A stretch of 64,000 nucleotides of DNA from the human T2T-CHM13v2.0 reference genome, Homo sapiens: the NCBI RefSeq assembly GCF_009914755.1, contig NC_060939.1; one strand, 5' to 3'. Positions 42,806 through 58,428 of the stretch are shown here, one piece after another. Numbering within the stretch: the stretch's first letter is position 1; the number at the start of each line of letters is the position of its first letter. Below the pieces are notes generated by a model. The model saw only the letters and a program-made list of their open reading frames with translations. It was not told where the DNA came from and ran no database searches. Made by a program: the position numbers and the translations under genes.

Positions 42806-43102
42806 TCAAAATATAAAACAGAAGGAGAATCAAAGGGGCAATCAGGGATCCTGCTCTCCGAACCCTTAATGCAACTCACCTCCTTCTAACTAAAAGCAAA
42901 AATTCCTCTCTGTGCATCCTAAAACATTAATGTCTTGCTCTTTTCCAGGTGCCAAGAATACAAAGATGGAATGGCAACATGGTCCCTAACCTTAGAATGC
43001 TCTGGTCTACTGGGAGAAACAAAATGCAAAAGAAGTAATCAAAATAGAAGGATGTCCAAAGTACTATAGTTTATATTCAGATATACAATATAAAACCATC
43101 AC

Positions 43103-43372
<270 letters not shown>

Positions 43373-43624
43373 TCACTAAAAACCTCTTGTTCACCTGGTG
43401 GTTCCAGTTAGATAAACAAGAGAAACAAACAAACAAACAAAAACAAACAAAAAGCACAAGCTTTCTGAGCTTCTCCAAAGACCTTGTTTTGGTAGTTCTG
43501 TTCTTCCTACCTTGTCTTTTAGGAGCATGCGTTTCCACAAGTCTACTTGCTAACAGGACCCAGGCACAGTTTAAAGAAAAAGAAAAAAATCTGCCATCAG
43601 AGCATCAGCCACAGACATGCAGCA

Positions 43625-44105
43625 AAAAGTCTGGTGATAAATCCCAGGGCCCTACATGATCTGGCCCCTGTCTATATCCCTAGCTCCATCCCATGCCACT
43701 GTCCAGATCTTCTGGTCTCTCTTCAGTTTTTCAATGCACCAAGCTTGTTCGCACCTCAAAACCTCCACACAAGATGTTCCTTTACAGAGAATGCTCTTCT
43801 CATCACTCTTAGTCTACCTAACTCCTTTTCCATCAGGTCTTGGCTTACGTGTCAGTTTATTCCAGCCCCAATCTAAATGTCATCCCCTTCCACAACATTC
43901 TCTCTCACACTACTCTGTGCTTCTTCACAATACTTATCATGTGTGTGATTATATATTTATGTGATTACTTGATTAATGTCCGGCTTCCCAACAGACCAAG
44001 TTCTATGTGGATAGGCACTGTTTATTCAGCATACTATCCCATACCGAGTACCTAGCCTGGTGCCTGGAATACGGCAGGGGAATGAATAAATGAATGAATT
44101 ACTGA
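43625..44105 (-). mobile_element. L2 3' fragment
   Basis: ggccctacatgatctggcccctg...gaatgaataaatgaatgaa tail. Confidence 0.75.
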
Positions 44106-44192
44106 GTGAACACAAACACAGAGTGAATATCTATGTACAGATTCAGATCAAGTTAAGCAGAGTGACAGGAAGGACTGTAAGAAGAGTGTATG

Positions 44193-44498
44193 GGTCAGGC
44201 GTGGTGGCTCACACCTGTAATCCCAGCACTTTGGGAGGCTGAGGTGTGTGGACTGCTTGAGCCCAGGAGTTTGAGATCAGCCTGGGAAACATGGCGAAAC
44301 GCTATCTCTACAAGAAATAAAAAAATTAGCTGGGCATGGTGGTGCACGTATAGTCCTAGCTACTCGGGAGGCTACGAGGTGGGAGGATCACTTGAACCTG
44401 GGAGGTCAAGGCTGCAGTGAGCCATGATCATGCCACTGCACTCCAGCCTGGGTGACAGAGTAAGACCCTGTTGCGAAAAAAAAAGAAAAAAAGAAAAA
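44193..44498 (+). mobile_element. AluJ
   Basis: AluJ diagnostics, A-rich tail. Confidence 0.93.
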
Positions 44499-45624
44499 GT
44501 AGTATATATGGCCAGAACAGCACTTCATTTCAATCACACAGGGTGATCCCAAACAAGCTTTCTTGCCCCCGAGGGTCAACTACACATCAACTCAGTACAC
44601 TCTGGCCTACAAGCACATACACCAAACACATGCAGAAAGGTTAGTGAGTAATTACAGAAAGAAGAAAAACATCAGCCTCCAGATGAGAGGATAAATAGTT
44701 ATATAGGGCTGAGTTCTAGCTCTTTTGCTTAGGGGTTAAAATATGATACTTGTGATGGTCAAATCTCTACTGCACTATTTAATGTCTAAGAAAAACTCCT
44801 AAACTCGACCACTCTGGCCTAATGCATTTATCCATCTTATATTGCTCATTCCAAAAAGGAAACACAGGTTAAGAGACTATGGACGAGGAGAGACATAGCC
44901 TATCCCCAGAGCTGTCTCAAGATATCCACATGGCGGCACAATATTCTGTGAGAAGCAGTCAAAGTGTCTTCTCAATGTGACACCATGCCTCTTCTTAAAT
45001 CATTATGCTCCCAATTGGAAAACAGACAAGTCAGCTGCTCTTATCAACAAGTGTTCCAGAGTTTGAGGAAGGAGCAGCAGCTCTTTCTTCAGGGCTTAAA
45101 CTGAAGTTCTTTGAGTCCAAGCTCTGAAGAAAGACCTGCTGTTCCTTCCTCAAACTCAGCCCTGAACTTAAGACTGAAGTTCTTAGACTTCTAAGTTCTT
45201 TGAGAAATACTTGGGAAGATAACTCCCACACTTGAGTCCATGCCTATAGGCTGAAAATCTCCCCACACCATTCCCTTGGACTAGCTATTAGGAAGAAATT
45301 AAAGCAAAGGGAAAACGTTCCCTACAGGCTGGGCAGAAGCAGGGTTCTGAAATCGCCTCTTCAGGCTAACTTATTTGGTAGCCCAAGGAACTCATCAGTT
45401 GTTATTTCACGAAATGTAGAATCCCTGAAAAACTCTAGAGATACACAACACCCTTGGAGAGCTTCAAATAAGCTGAGGGGAAAAAAGAAGCAGCATTTTA
45501 TAAAGTCAGGCTGAAACTTCATGAAGTTAAAGCTCAGCACTTTGCAGGCAATAGTACAAGACCCAAGAGAAACATGATTGGATGTCTGCTATCTTAAAGG
45601 AGGTATCATAAAAAACAAGTCTAA

Positions 45625-45926
45625 GGCTGGACACAGTGGCTCACGCCTGTAATTCCAGCACTTCGAGAGGCCAAGGTGGGGAGACTGCTTGCACTCAGGA
45701 GTTCAAGACCAGCCTGGGCAACATGGCGAAACCCAGTCTCTACAAAAAATACAAAAAAAAAAAAAAAAAAATTACCCGGGTGTGGTGGTGTGCACCTGTG
45801 GTCCCAGCTACTGGGGAGGATGGCTTGAGCCCGGGAGGCAGAGGCTGCAGTGAGCTGAGACTGTACTACTGCACTCCAGCCCGGGAGGCAGAACGAGACC
45901 CTGTCTCAATAAAATAAAATAACAAC
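45625..45926 (+). mobile_element. AluJ
   Basis: Expanded middle A-tract; TSD aaaaa(a/t)caagtct. Confidence 0.93.
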
Positions 45927-47110
45927 AAAAAATCAAGTCTGTAAAACTAATGGACAGAACAAGAAAAAAATGCTTTTCATTCCACCTAACAACTTTATTT
46001 GATTAATCCTTTCCAAACTATGAGGAAAATTGCTGAGGCTAAATTTCTAATTTTTTTTTTTATCAGAAAAAACTACAGTGGAGATAGGTTAACTACCTTG
46101 CCACTAAGTGGATGGCATAGCAGGGAAAAGAAAAACAATTCTAGAAAAAATTCTAGAAAATCAGAAGACCTGGAACCTAGCCTTGGTTCTAGAACTTATT
46201 AAAATACAGTATTTGGCCTTAAAGCAGCCAAGAGTCACTCTTCAAGTCCTAGTTTCCTTGCTTGGGAAAAAAAGGATCCACAAATTCATTTGGATCAACT
46301 AAATAAGGGGTGTGAAAAGATCTCAATGCTGCAATATCCTGCAGAATGCCCTTGCTATCACTGGATACACAGGCTTTCCTGGTCTCACCTCAGTGCTCTC
46401 TTTCTTTGCACTGCATTAACCTTCTAAGCAGGATTAGCTGATTCTTTTCCAGACAGCCTTCAACCAGGAACAAACTATTCTGCAAGGTGGGGTGCCATGT
46501 GTTCTAGATATTCCAAAAAGCACCAAATATTTGGGTGCTGGGTAACTCTAGCCAGCAAATATCCTTCTTTTTTCAAAGGATATTTCCAGGCTACCATCCT
46601 CAATCCAGATCATTCAAGAGCCCTGCATCTGCTGGTCCTTATCAGGTTACAGTGATGTTACACACTCCTAAAAGGGAATTCACAGGAAATCTACCCAGTG
46701 GAAAGATGGCTTAGGGAGATGTCTTGCTCTACAGTCACAAAGCAGACTTCAATCTGTTTCTTCAAACCTAACTTCAATCTGACTGGATTAGGTCAAGAGA
46801 CTACATTCTAAGTGTGACTCTCCTATTGACTAACATTGTTACCCTGAACAAATCACTACTTCACAGCCTCAGTTTCTCTATGATTATAGTGAGGGGATCA
46901 TCTATGATTCTCCAATCTGGCTGCTCATTAGAATCCTTTGGGAATCTTTTCTAGACTACTGGGCCTTACCTGAGATACTGGATTGGACTCTCAAAGGGAG
47001 AACCAAATATATCTCATGTCCCTTCTGCATGGCGCAACTATGGATTATGAATGTCAAGTAAGCTCAGCCACACTCCCTCCCACCTTCCCAGGAGCTGCCC
47101 ACCACTCTCA

Positions 47111-47413
<303 letters not shown>

Positions 47414-50097
47414 TCACTTTACCACTTTGGAGGAAGTCAAGAAAGGAAAAACAATGATTATAAGCAAATGACCACTAGCGCAGACAACAGCCTGAAGACC
47501 AGTTGGCCTAGATGTGAAAGAATGGGAGTATTACGGGTGCTTGTACTGGTAATAATCCACTTACGTTTTTGAATACCACCTTTTTATAAGAACCACCAAA
47601 CAATTCGGCTTCAATTAGACAACCAGGCTCCACCTTGCCATTCTGAAGACAAAGGCCATATCATTTATATACCTATTATAATAAACTCCCTATTGTACCA
47701 CTGGGCCTTGGAACAGTAATAATTACATAATACATGTATAGCTTTCCCCACATTTAAATGTTAAACCTATGGCAAACCATAGGCCATTATTTATGCAGAA
47801 AAAGACATTGTGGATTCTAAAAAGCAAACTTCCTATTGGAAGTCACTTGCATTTTCCAAATTTTGTGGAGGCAAAATTCTTGAGAAAGCATCATCAGTTC
47901 CTCCTCTCCAGCCATACCTATTCCCAAAACAAGTTGTTGTTTTCAGAATTGCACTTTAAAACACATTCCATTCTGAGAAAATATAACTAGAGTGCAATAT
48001 TGTGTTGGTATTATGGGCTCCCAGAATTTTAGAAAGGCCCTTAGAGTTCATTGAATCCCACTCTTTTTTTAAGAGCTGGAAAAGTGAAATGATTTGTGCA
48101 AGGCCGTAAGTATTACTAATGGCAAAGCTGGGCCTAGAAGACATATCTGACTGAATTCTCTATCCTTGCCCCCCATCCCCAAGACCACCCCCACCACCTT
48201 GTGTCCTGGGCAAGGTATATATACTTCACCTTCTGATTCTATTCTGCACTTAGATAACCTGGGATCACTAGCTTATCTACAAAAATAACCTACTTGAGTC
48301 AAATATTATAATACATTGAACAAAAATGTTTAAAATCACTCTATATTATTCCTGGAAGCTTCATCTTTAAAGCACTTTGAAATCTATCACTGTATTAAAG
48401 TCAAGACATTTCTATGTTTGTTGTCTTTTGTTAATGTGCTTTGTCTTTATTATTTCCCCAGGCTTAGTTTTCTCTACTTTTGATCAAACATTTCCAGGTG
48501 AAGTCTACACTAACCATCTTTTCCCAACCACAATAAGAGGTATTTGCTGTTTGTTTGTTTTCCAATTCTCTCTCAGAAACCCTTGACTGACTTCCCATTT
48601 CCCTGTGTCTAGTCACTTCCTATCTACAGCTTTGCAGCAGCTCCCCTCACCATTTTATACAGTATTGTGCTGAGCCTTAACGTGAGGAAAGAACTCTCTC
48701 CCTCCATGGGAACTAAGTTGCTTGCTGTTCAGGGAGGGGGAAAGCATGGGGAAGTCGTGGGATACTTGGGAAATGTAATGTCTTAAGGACCTCCTAACCG
48801 ATGTAACATTTCTGACTTGTAGAGTTAATGTCTTTGAAGAAACTTGTAATAATGCAAAACCTTAAGTTTGCTCAATTAACAAATTAGTTCTATTTTCCAA
48901 CTCTGGCAAAAGGATAACGGTTATCTTCCATTCAGCACTGGTCCTTATCAGTAACATCAAACAGGGTCTCTATGTACAGATAATGGAGGCATAGCAGCCA
49001 CTAAGACAGAAGCAGATGCATGTAAACACGTTAGCGCAGTGGTGTCCCATGGTTTCCAAGACACACTGGACAGAAGCCAAATCCCTGGGCCTTAAGAAGT
49101 CGAGCAGAACGGCTGCAAACCCTGCAATGGAAGGCGCACACACACCATCAGCAGAAAGCATCACAATTCCAAGAAAAATCAAAACCAAGCAAAAACAAAA
49201 GAGAAAAAGATAGAACCAGTACTCCACAGAAGAGAAATTAAAAAAATATAAAGGCAACATTAAAACCCAAACACACTTTTAGGTTTTTACTTAATTTTTA
49301 TTATCCAATTTCATTTTCTGTCCCACTTGGGACTCTCGTTCTGGGTATTCCTCTCAGACTGCACTGAGAAAGGGTAAACTCTGAGAATGAGGCCAAGAGC
49401 TTCCAGATGTTTAAATACAAGGAGGCCAAAGTAAATGCTACTCTTACCTGTGGCGATGCAAATGACCACTGCAGCTCAGGGAGATTAAGAAGTTGATGAA
49501 AGCAACCTGGTAGACTTTCTGCCAAGTATTCTTTGAAGGCAAAGGAAAGCACTTTTTCCCTTAAGTGTTAAAGATCCAGGAGAGAGTCACTGGGAGCAAG
49601 TGGATAATTTAAATAGGTTTAAATATGATTCTGCACCATAGGAGGGTTGTGGGGTAGGGTAACCTGCCTCCTGTGATTGCTGTATATGAAAAACAGTGCT
49701 ACACCAAGTTCCTTGGCCATGGTGCCTCAACTGCATTCTGCACCAGGATGAAGGTGGGGCTTTTATTTTTGTGGCCAAGCGCTGCCCAAAGTCCAAGAGA
49801 GATGAACATTTAGGAGAAGTTCAAATGTGTTTACCTGCCACTGATGTCTATTTAAAAGCAGTGGATAGGAGACCCTTACCCCAGCCATCATGCATATATA
49901 AAGAACATGCTATGGCCAGAGAGATACCTAAAAACTGGGCACACTTCTCTTCTTGCCTTACATACTCAATGAGCTTTGGGGAAAGTACTACCAGGAGGTC
50001 ATTCTTAGATAGAACACCTGATGTCCCCATAGAGCAATGTCTTTTGGGACGCTGAGATCATAAAACAGTCCAATTAGAGTTGGATCCAGGGTGTTTT

Positions 50098-50135
50098 AAA
50101 AAAAAAAAAAAAAAAGCAGCAGCAGCAGCAACAAC
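50098..50135. repeat. A18-(GCA)5 compound microsatellite
   Basis: Direct reading. Confidence 0.9.
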
Positions 50136-52145
50136 CTCCTGGCTCTCCAAAACAGCTAACTTGGGTTAACTGACTGATGGGGAAGTCTGAAGAGAGTCTA
50201 GCCAGGATTTGGATTTGATTCAACCACATGCAGACAATTCTAAGTAAACTGGGGAATGCTATGTATTCTCGGGATTGGTAGGTAGGTACCCCAATGCCTC
50301 ATCTTTTTCTAGCCCCTTGGCATGGCCATTCTAGCTATGAGTCAGGCTCTTGGAAGTATAAGTGCAAATGCCCAGCCCAGTCCATACCTATAAACTTCCA
50401 CAGACCTTTGTGGCCATGTAGGTAATTCTGCTTTTATAAGGAAAGGAGCAAGGGGGCAGGAGAAGGAGGCGTGCAGGGTAAAAATATTGTTAAAAAAAAA
50501 ATCACTGGGTTAATGTTCCCCATTTTCACATAGACAAGGTTTTCTTTTCCTCTTTCCAGAAGCAGGTTCTTTGATTCAACAGTGCCAACTGCAGCAGCCT
50601 CTCCTACCACTGCCCTACAAAGGACTCTTTTTTTACCCATAGGATCTTCAAGTGGCTACAAAGAACAGACACTAATTTGCTATTTTCCATCTAAGTATAT
50701 AGACTCAAGGCCCATGTCTTACTACTTTATGTTATTACCAAATTCCTCATCAAAGTAAGATTTTACTATTCTTACTTTCTCTAGATCAATCAGCTCTTTA
50801 AGCTGGAACTGGCTATAGATCTCTCATTGTGTCCTCAAAGAGAAGGTGAAAAACCCAGAGGATCTTTCCAAAAGTGAATGTCCCCTCAATTATAACCAGG
50901 TTTGATGTGGGGCCAGAACTCTTCTTGGCCAGGAACGTTGGTTCTGTGGTGGCTTCTCCCTCTCTCTGCTTCTCAACATAAGGTAGCAAGTCACTTTCAA
51001 GAAAGAGAGAGAAGTGGCCACAAAAGTCCCGGTGTCATGTCTCACGCATACCTGCTACAAGGAGAGGATTCTGAGCCAGCTGGTCAGCTCACCCCATCAC
51101 TATGAGAAACCAGGTTGGAAGTTAGTTTCCTCTTTTTTCAAGACACAAAGAAAAGGCCAGTGTGAGTGGTCCCCACACTATGTCTGGAGTTCCCATGCTC
51201 TGGGATAAGGTACACTGTGCCAACAGCTACTCATCAGAGTCAAACCGTGAACAGGAATCAACTGCAACTCTGACTTCCAAACAGTGTGATGGGCTAAAAA
51301 AATAATAATTTGCAGCTTAGTGTCACCTGGCTCCTAACAGCAAAACATAAGAAGGAAGTCCCAGGCTGCTGCTTTTAAAGAGGAGACTAATTAGCAGGCC
51401 CAGTGAGGAGTACACTGCTGCAGTAGAGGGCTGTTATCAGAGAAGCACATGCCACGGTTTTAGAAAAGAAAAAGAGCTGGAACTATGAAAATATCCAAGC
51501 TTACATGCCACCCAACAACCAAAACACACCACCACACTGCACCCATGGCAACATTCCCATCACAACAAGATGACACCAAGTCACAGTTAAAGGAAGAGGC
51601 TGGGCAGACACAAACTTAAAACCATAGAGGTGAAGGCAGCTACTTAGAGAGCTTCAAACAGAAGAACAGAAGAAATAAAAAGTAGTTAGACTGGGGAGAG
51701 AAACAAAAATAGAAAGGCACCAGAGAAGAAATCAGCAAAAGTATAGCAGGAAACCTACTACAAAATCAAAGGGGAGGGAAAACCATTTCAACACTACCCT
51801 CCTTGGACTGCCTGGTTTTATGAGTTTTAATTTAAGCTTCCCAGTTCTCCCTCCCCAACTCTTCCCAACACAGATGATTTTGGACAGTCACGGATTTCCT
51901 CAAGTTCTTTGTTCCTGAGAAGAAAGACACAGAGAAGGGTTGGGGGATAAGGGAGGCAGAGAGAACGGCAAAGAAAAGAAGAAAAAAAGTTGCCACAGAT
52001 GTTTTCATACACTACAACCAGAAGGGTCATGGGATTGAAAAAAAAACGAAGACAAGGGGTGGGGTGAGTGATCATACTGGGGAAGAGGGAAAGGATGCAG
52101 AAGGGAAGGGTCATTGGGCCACCTCTAATGACTACAGTACTACTA

Positions 52146-52580
<435 letters not shown>

Positions 52581-54478
52581 TTAATAGTAATTTAAAGAAA
52601 AGAAAAGAAAAAAGCAAATGAGTTGCAAAGAACAAAAAAGGATTCATTTTTAAACTATAAAGAGACAGTACAGCAATTCATACAAGCTTTTAGAAGAAGA
52701 ACCACACCCTGGGAAGCTTATGAAGCAAAGGCAGGCTAATTACAAGCTGGGGCAGCCCAGGTGCTGGCCAGGCAGAAGCAAGCCCACTGGAAAGCATTTT
52801 AGCAATGGGCCCAGCTGGTAGGAATGAGAAAGCCTCAGGTCTTGGGAAGAGCCTCTTTCCTTAGAACACAAACCATTTATTACCTTTTTAAACTCAGGCA
52901 AGTGATGAAAGATAACCAGAAGAGGCAGTAGTTTTATATGCCAAATCAGGATCTCTCTTTTGGATGGGCAAACGCTTTGTTAGAAATGCAGTGTCTTTTG
53001 CAAGCCTCAACAAGAAGTATTAAATGACCTACTGGTGCCTTCTCTTGGGATTCAGAGTTCAAATTTCAACTGAAAGAGTAGCAAATTTCTCTCTCACACA
53101 GGATTCTATCCTGGGTTCGATTAGACTTTCTCCACCTCCTATTCTTCCCTGGGCCTATGGCAAACAAACAACCCAGTTGTTTAGGGTTAGGCAGCCTCTT
53201 CCTGAATGCAGACCCTCAGGAGAACAAGACAGTCTGTACTTCACACCACAGTGAGATATTAATACTTTGTGGGTCAGCTCAGAAGTGGGACCAACAATAC
53301 CAGCAACCCAACTCACTGCCAGCTAATGGAGGGACTGTGCCCTCCATAACCCCATAGATCCATTACCTAGAAAAATCTGAAAAGCTATGGTATTTGACAG
53401 GCTCCATACAGTTGAATTGCCTGGCTTCTAGAAGCCAGCTCAGAAGAATGAGAAATGTACCCTGATGAATTAAACTAAACACTAGGGTGAAAGCCAGGCC
53501 TCAACCAACACTCTTAGGAACTGCCCAGGAACTAAAGTTGATGCCTACCTCTAATTGCCCATAATTTGCTTGAGGTTACACTTCCATAAGACAAGGTGGA
53601 AATGGCAGAAAGAGTTAAAAAAAAAAAAAAATCCAGGCTTAGTTTAAAAACTTGGAGTTAGGTCCATAGGAAACAAAATCAGAGTGCAAGCATACTCTCT
53701 CTTACCCTTCCACCCCACCTAGGGTTCATTCAGCATTTCTACTGATTCAGACAGTATCCGAAGGTATAAAGAGAGACACTAAAAGAGGGCATTCTGATTG
53801 GCTTGGAAACGTCCCCTGGGAGGCCTGCTGCATAAGCCAAGCCAGCCCCTGTGCAGTAAGCAGGGAGTGAGGTCAGGATCTGCCAACATCAAATTAAGAA
53901 CATTCCAGAGGAAAGGATGAAATAAATGGAACTGTTTTCCTACAGTCCAGAAGCCAAGGATGTTAACAGGGCTAGCTGAAAATGGAGGTTACTAAGTGGA
54001 AAAATTCCTGTTTACATCCATAGCAGTATTTGCCTTTGGTGATAACCCCACACCATGGACTAAGAACATTAATGGAGGTACTATACTTACTCAAGTAGAG
54101 GCCAAGACCTCCAAATTCATACTAGTCTTTCAATTCCTGACATTTTCAGACTCTGGGGAGCACAGGAATGCAGTGATTAACAGGCTTAGACTAAACGTTC
54201 TGCCTTTAATATGCCATTTTAAACTACCTCTTCAGATCCAGCATGCATTCCTTGTAAGGAAATATCTACCAGAGGCCCCAAGAAGCCCAACAGATGTCAT
54301 TCTCAGATGCAGGAGAAGCTTTAGAATTACAGAAAGGAGCCCCCAAGCCCCTGCATGAAGAGCTGAGCTCACTGCCCAATAAAGTGGTATCCAAGGAGCC
54401 ATGTCTCGGTCTCACAAACTACCACCTGCCCACCTGTCAAAGTCAATGCCAGCTAATATAAACAAAGAAGTAAAGGAG

Positions 54479-54814
54479 GGCCGGGCGTGATGGTTCACAC
54501 CTGTAATTCCAGCACTTTGGGAGGCTGAGGCGGGAGGATCATGAGGTCAGGAGTTCAAGACCAGCCTGGCCAGTATGGTGAAACCCCGTCTCTGCTATAA
54601 ACACAAAAATTAGTTGGGCATGGTGGTGCTCACCTGTAGTCCCAGGTACTCGGGAGGCTGAGACAGAAGAATCACTTGAACCCAGGAGGCGGAGGTTGCA
54701 GTGAGCCAAGATCGTGCCACTGTACTCTGCCCTGGGCGACAGAGCGAGACTCCGTCAAAAAAAAAAAAAGAAAGAAAGAAAGAAAGAAAAGGAAGGGAGG
54801 GAGGGAGGGAGGGG
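54479..54814 (+). mobile_element. AluS with tail expanded into (GAAA)n(GGGA)n
   Basis: Full Alu; TSD core gaagtaaagga. Confidence 0.95.
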
Positions 54815-57800
54815 AAGTAAAGGAAGTTGGTTTTATTTATTTTACTACTGGCTCAATCACCAGAGAAAACTGGATATCAGTAAATCCCTGAAATGCAGTA
54901 AAAGTATTATTCTGTTTTAATCATATTCTTGACCATAAGTGGTAATCACAAATGGTCTTATCACATTATCTGTGAACTTGGGGAGTTACAGCCTCTCAAA
55001 TGCGGTAATTATGTACTCGATTATGCCCTAGAACTGTTAGTGGATTTCTTTTGTACTTTTTCCCTTCTTCTGTATTGTACTTCAAAGCAGCCTTAGACTT
55101 AAGCCTGTTTATCAATCTGTTGACAATGCTAATGTAAAAAAGATGCCTGAAAGTATCCTTTCACCAAGAATCCATCCAATTCCACCGTAACCCCAAGTCC
55201 TAATAACACACAAGTCACAGGTAGCTGAGAAACAGTCTGACTATGATTCCCACTGCACACAACTGGGCGAGTCACTCATCCAGATCATGCCACCCTGGGC
55301 AAGACTTCCTGCTAAGAGTAAGGAATGCTGATCTGAGTCAGTTCAATTTTCTACCTGTATCAAGGAAAATGGGACCAAGACAAAAATGTTCTTTGCATTA
55401 GTAAATTATAGGATGTATATTTAAATGAACTTTTAAAACACAAGATAAAAAACCCTTTAAAATGCCAACAATGGACATTTTTCTGTGCTCTCTTTGAAGG
55501 CCATTATTGTTATTACCATTATTAGACATATAGAGTAACAGTGACATTTTCTAAGTATGCATTATATGTTTAGGCAATGTGCTAAGCACTTTATTCATTA
55601 TCATATTCAAAATTCATTTATTCATTATGATAAGTGCCATTATAATTTTTCTTAAAGATGTGGAAACTAACGTCCAAAAAAGTTAAATATTTTGCCCACG
55701 GTCACAAGCTAATAACAAAGAGTCTGGCCTGGAATCCAAAGTGAAAGCATGGTCTCTTAACACTTACCACAACTGCGGTCAATGTGTCTCACTGGCCTGA
55801 AAAGGTTTTTGTAGTTACTTAAGTTAAAGATATGCTTTGTCACCACTTAGTTTAATTAATAAATTAATTAATAATAATTCCTGGCCACAAAAAGCCAGGA
55901 ACCTTTGACCAATTGTGCAACATACTATGATCACTAACTCCATAAAATTATAATCTTACTAGAGAATGGAGATAGAGAAGCACTGGGTCAAAGAGTTCTT
56001 AAAGCAACTGGGGGGAGGGTGAACAGTGTGAAAAGATAAGATGATTCTGAGGCAAGACTGCCTCTAGTTCTGATGATTCCAATGCCCTGCTCTGGAGAAG
56101 GCTGGCTTCAGAGAAGGAAGGAATTTACAAGACACTGGAAAAATTTCTCTGATGCTGTAGTCAGGAGCCAAATTAATAAAGGGCAGCACCTGAAAGTTTT
56201 ATAAAACTCCGCAGTTTGCAAAGAGCTTCCACATACATCACATCTCATTTCATTCGCACAGTTCCACAAGGTTCATACATAGGGCAGGTGCGGAGACAGG
56301 TTTATGACTTGCCCAAAATCACTTAGGCAGTTAATCCTGAGTGGGGCTGGGACTAGAATGCAGGTCTTAGCTTAGTCTAGGGTTCTTTCCAATAAACTGT
56401 GCTGCCTCTAAACAAACTAAGGAATTCCTTGATAGCTGAACACTCATCAAAAACCATGAAAAGAGATCTATTCCCCCTCCAAACAGCATGGAAAAGAAAG
56501 AAAAGAAAAAGAAAAAGAGAAAAGAGAAAAGAACCCTCTTTACAAAGTACTGTGAAATCACAATTAGCAAGGGAAAGTTATTAGCAACCATCCACCTTAT
56601 TATCCATCCAAAATTAGCTTCAATTCAGGAAAAGAACTGGCTCTCAGCAGCAGCAGCAGGAGGTTCAGAGCCTGACTCACTGCCCTGCCTTTCATTACTA
56701 AGGGCTTTCAAACAAATATGTACCTTCAACAAGAAAGCACACACTGCCTAAAGTTGGGAGGCCAACAGAAGCATCTGTTTGCTCTCTAGGTCAAGGGTCA
56801 TCCAATATTTTGGAAAAACCCTAAATTTTGTAAGACAACCTCCTACCCCACCCTCTTCCCCACCATCGTCTCCACCCACTATCTTAAGTGACTGGGCCCA
56901 GATCTGCAAGAGTTTTGGGAAAGTATTAATATCAGTGCATTCAGAGCAACAGTGATAAAGAGGGAAACTGAACAGTGGTTACTGGCTTTGAGGGAGGAAG
57001 AGACTAGAAGCTGATGCTGGAGGGGGTAGCAGGCAGAGCATTAAAAATGGAGGCAGCAAACCCAAGAGAAGCGTAATGTAAAATTGCATAACTGGGGATG
57101 GGGGATGGGAGGCAAAGATGACAGCTGGGACTAGCAGCCGGAGAAAAGGAGGAGCTTGCTGGCAGGAAAAACTGGATGTGTGGATATGTAGCAGAGGGTG
57201 AGAAGAAAAAGGAAACACAGAAGAGCAAGTTGAGCCCAATCCCAGGAAAACTGCTTTCATATATGCCCTAAGGAAGTAAAAAAAGCTAGCCTAGCCCTAT
57301 ATAGGAGAGACTATCATGATTTTTCACATTTACCTCCAGGGCAACCACAGAACAAGAAATCAGACTAACTTTCTCTCTCCCTCAACTGACTACTGCCAAG
57401 GCCAGGCCTTTAAGTCTTGCCTGCTTTTGTCACCTCTTTTAAAAACAGCTGTTCCCTTCAAACCCCCTCTACCTCTAATTCCCTGTGGCTGGCTCATGCT
57501 GTTCTCTCCTTCGTTCCTCGCAATAAAGAGAAAATGACAGCCAAGATCATAAGAGCGTTTCTCTCCTCTGTCTCTCTCACACACACACAAATTCAAATCG
57601 TCTACCTCAAAATAAAGACTGAGCAAGACCCACTGACATCTAAACGTGAATACAGGAACTATGAGTATTTCAAATGTCTAAAGGACCCTTAACTGCTGTG
57701 AGGCTGTCACAGACTTGAGCCTACACAAACTACTGTAGAGCCTGCCTATCCTTCCTGTTAATCAGGAAACAGATCATTCATCACTATTCCTTAACACCAA

Positions 57801-58184
57801 AGGCAGGTCAGAAGTCTATATGCACTCATTCTGTGTGTACTGACCAAGGGTAAGGCAGGCTTGAAGTCCTGGGAGCAGAGGAAATGGGGTAACCTCATTC
57901 TCTGCAGCAGGAAGAGGTACCACAGATTAGTCTCATCTCTAGGTAGAGATGGCAGCAATTACAAAACATTTTCCAAATTCAAACCTGCTCCTTCCACAGG
58001 TACCTTGATCAGGCAGATATGACAAAAGTTTGGAAATTAAGATCATCCCTATCACTAGCTTCTAAACCAGGGTCCACCCTTTATTCTGAAATTATACCAT
58101 TCAAAATGACCAAAGGCATCTATACCAGCCAGCCTTCTGCTTTGGAAAAATACGGGAATCTAGTTCATGCCAAGAGAAACTACA

Positions 58185-58428
58185 TAGTTTAGTGACCAAA
58201 TGCAGCAAACTCTAAAATCAGTTGTCTGGATTCACATAAGGCTCTGTCACTAACTGTATGACTGTAAGCAAGTGACCTAACCTCTCTGAGCTTCATCTCC
58301 CTAATCTGTAAAACGGGACTAATAATAGCAGCTACCTCACAGGGTTATTGTGAGGATTATATGAGATAACATAGCTTAAAACAGTACCTGACACATAGTA
58401 AGCACTCAATAATGTTAGCTATTATTAT
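58185..58428 (+). mobile_element. MIR SINE
   Basis: gcaagtgacctaacctctctgagcttc...ctgtaaaacggg...taagcactcaataatgttagct. Confidence 0.85.

Noticed and set aside
55851-55878. TAATTA cluster as a homeodomain enhancer
   Set aside because: Short AT-rich low-complexity sequence; unsupported without conservation or chromatin data
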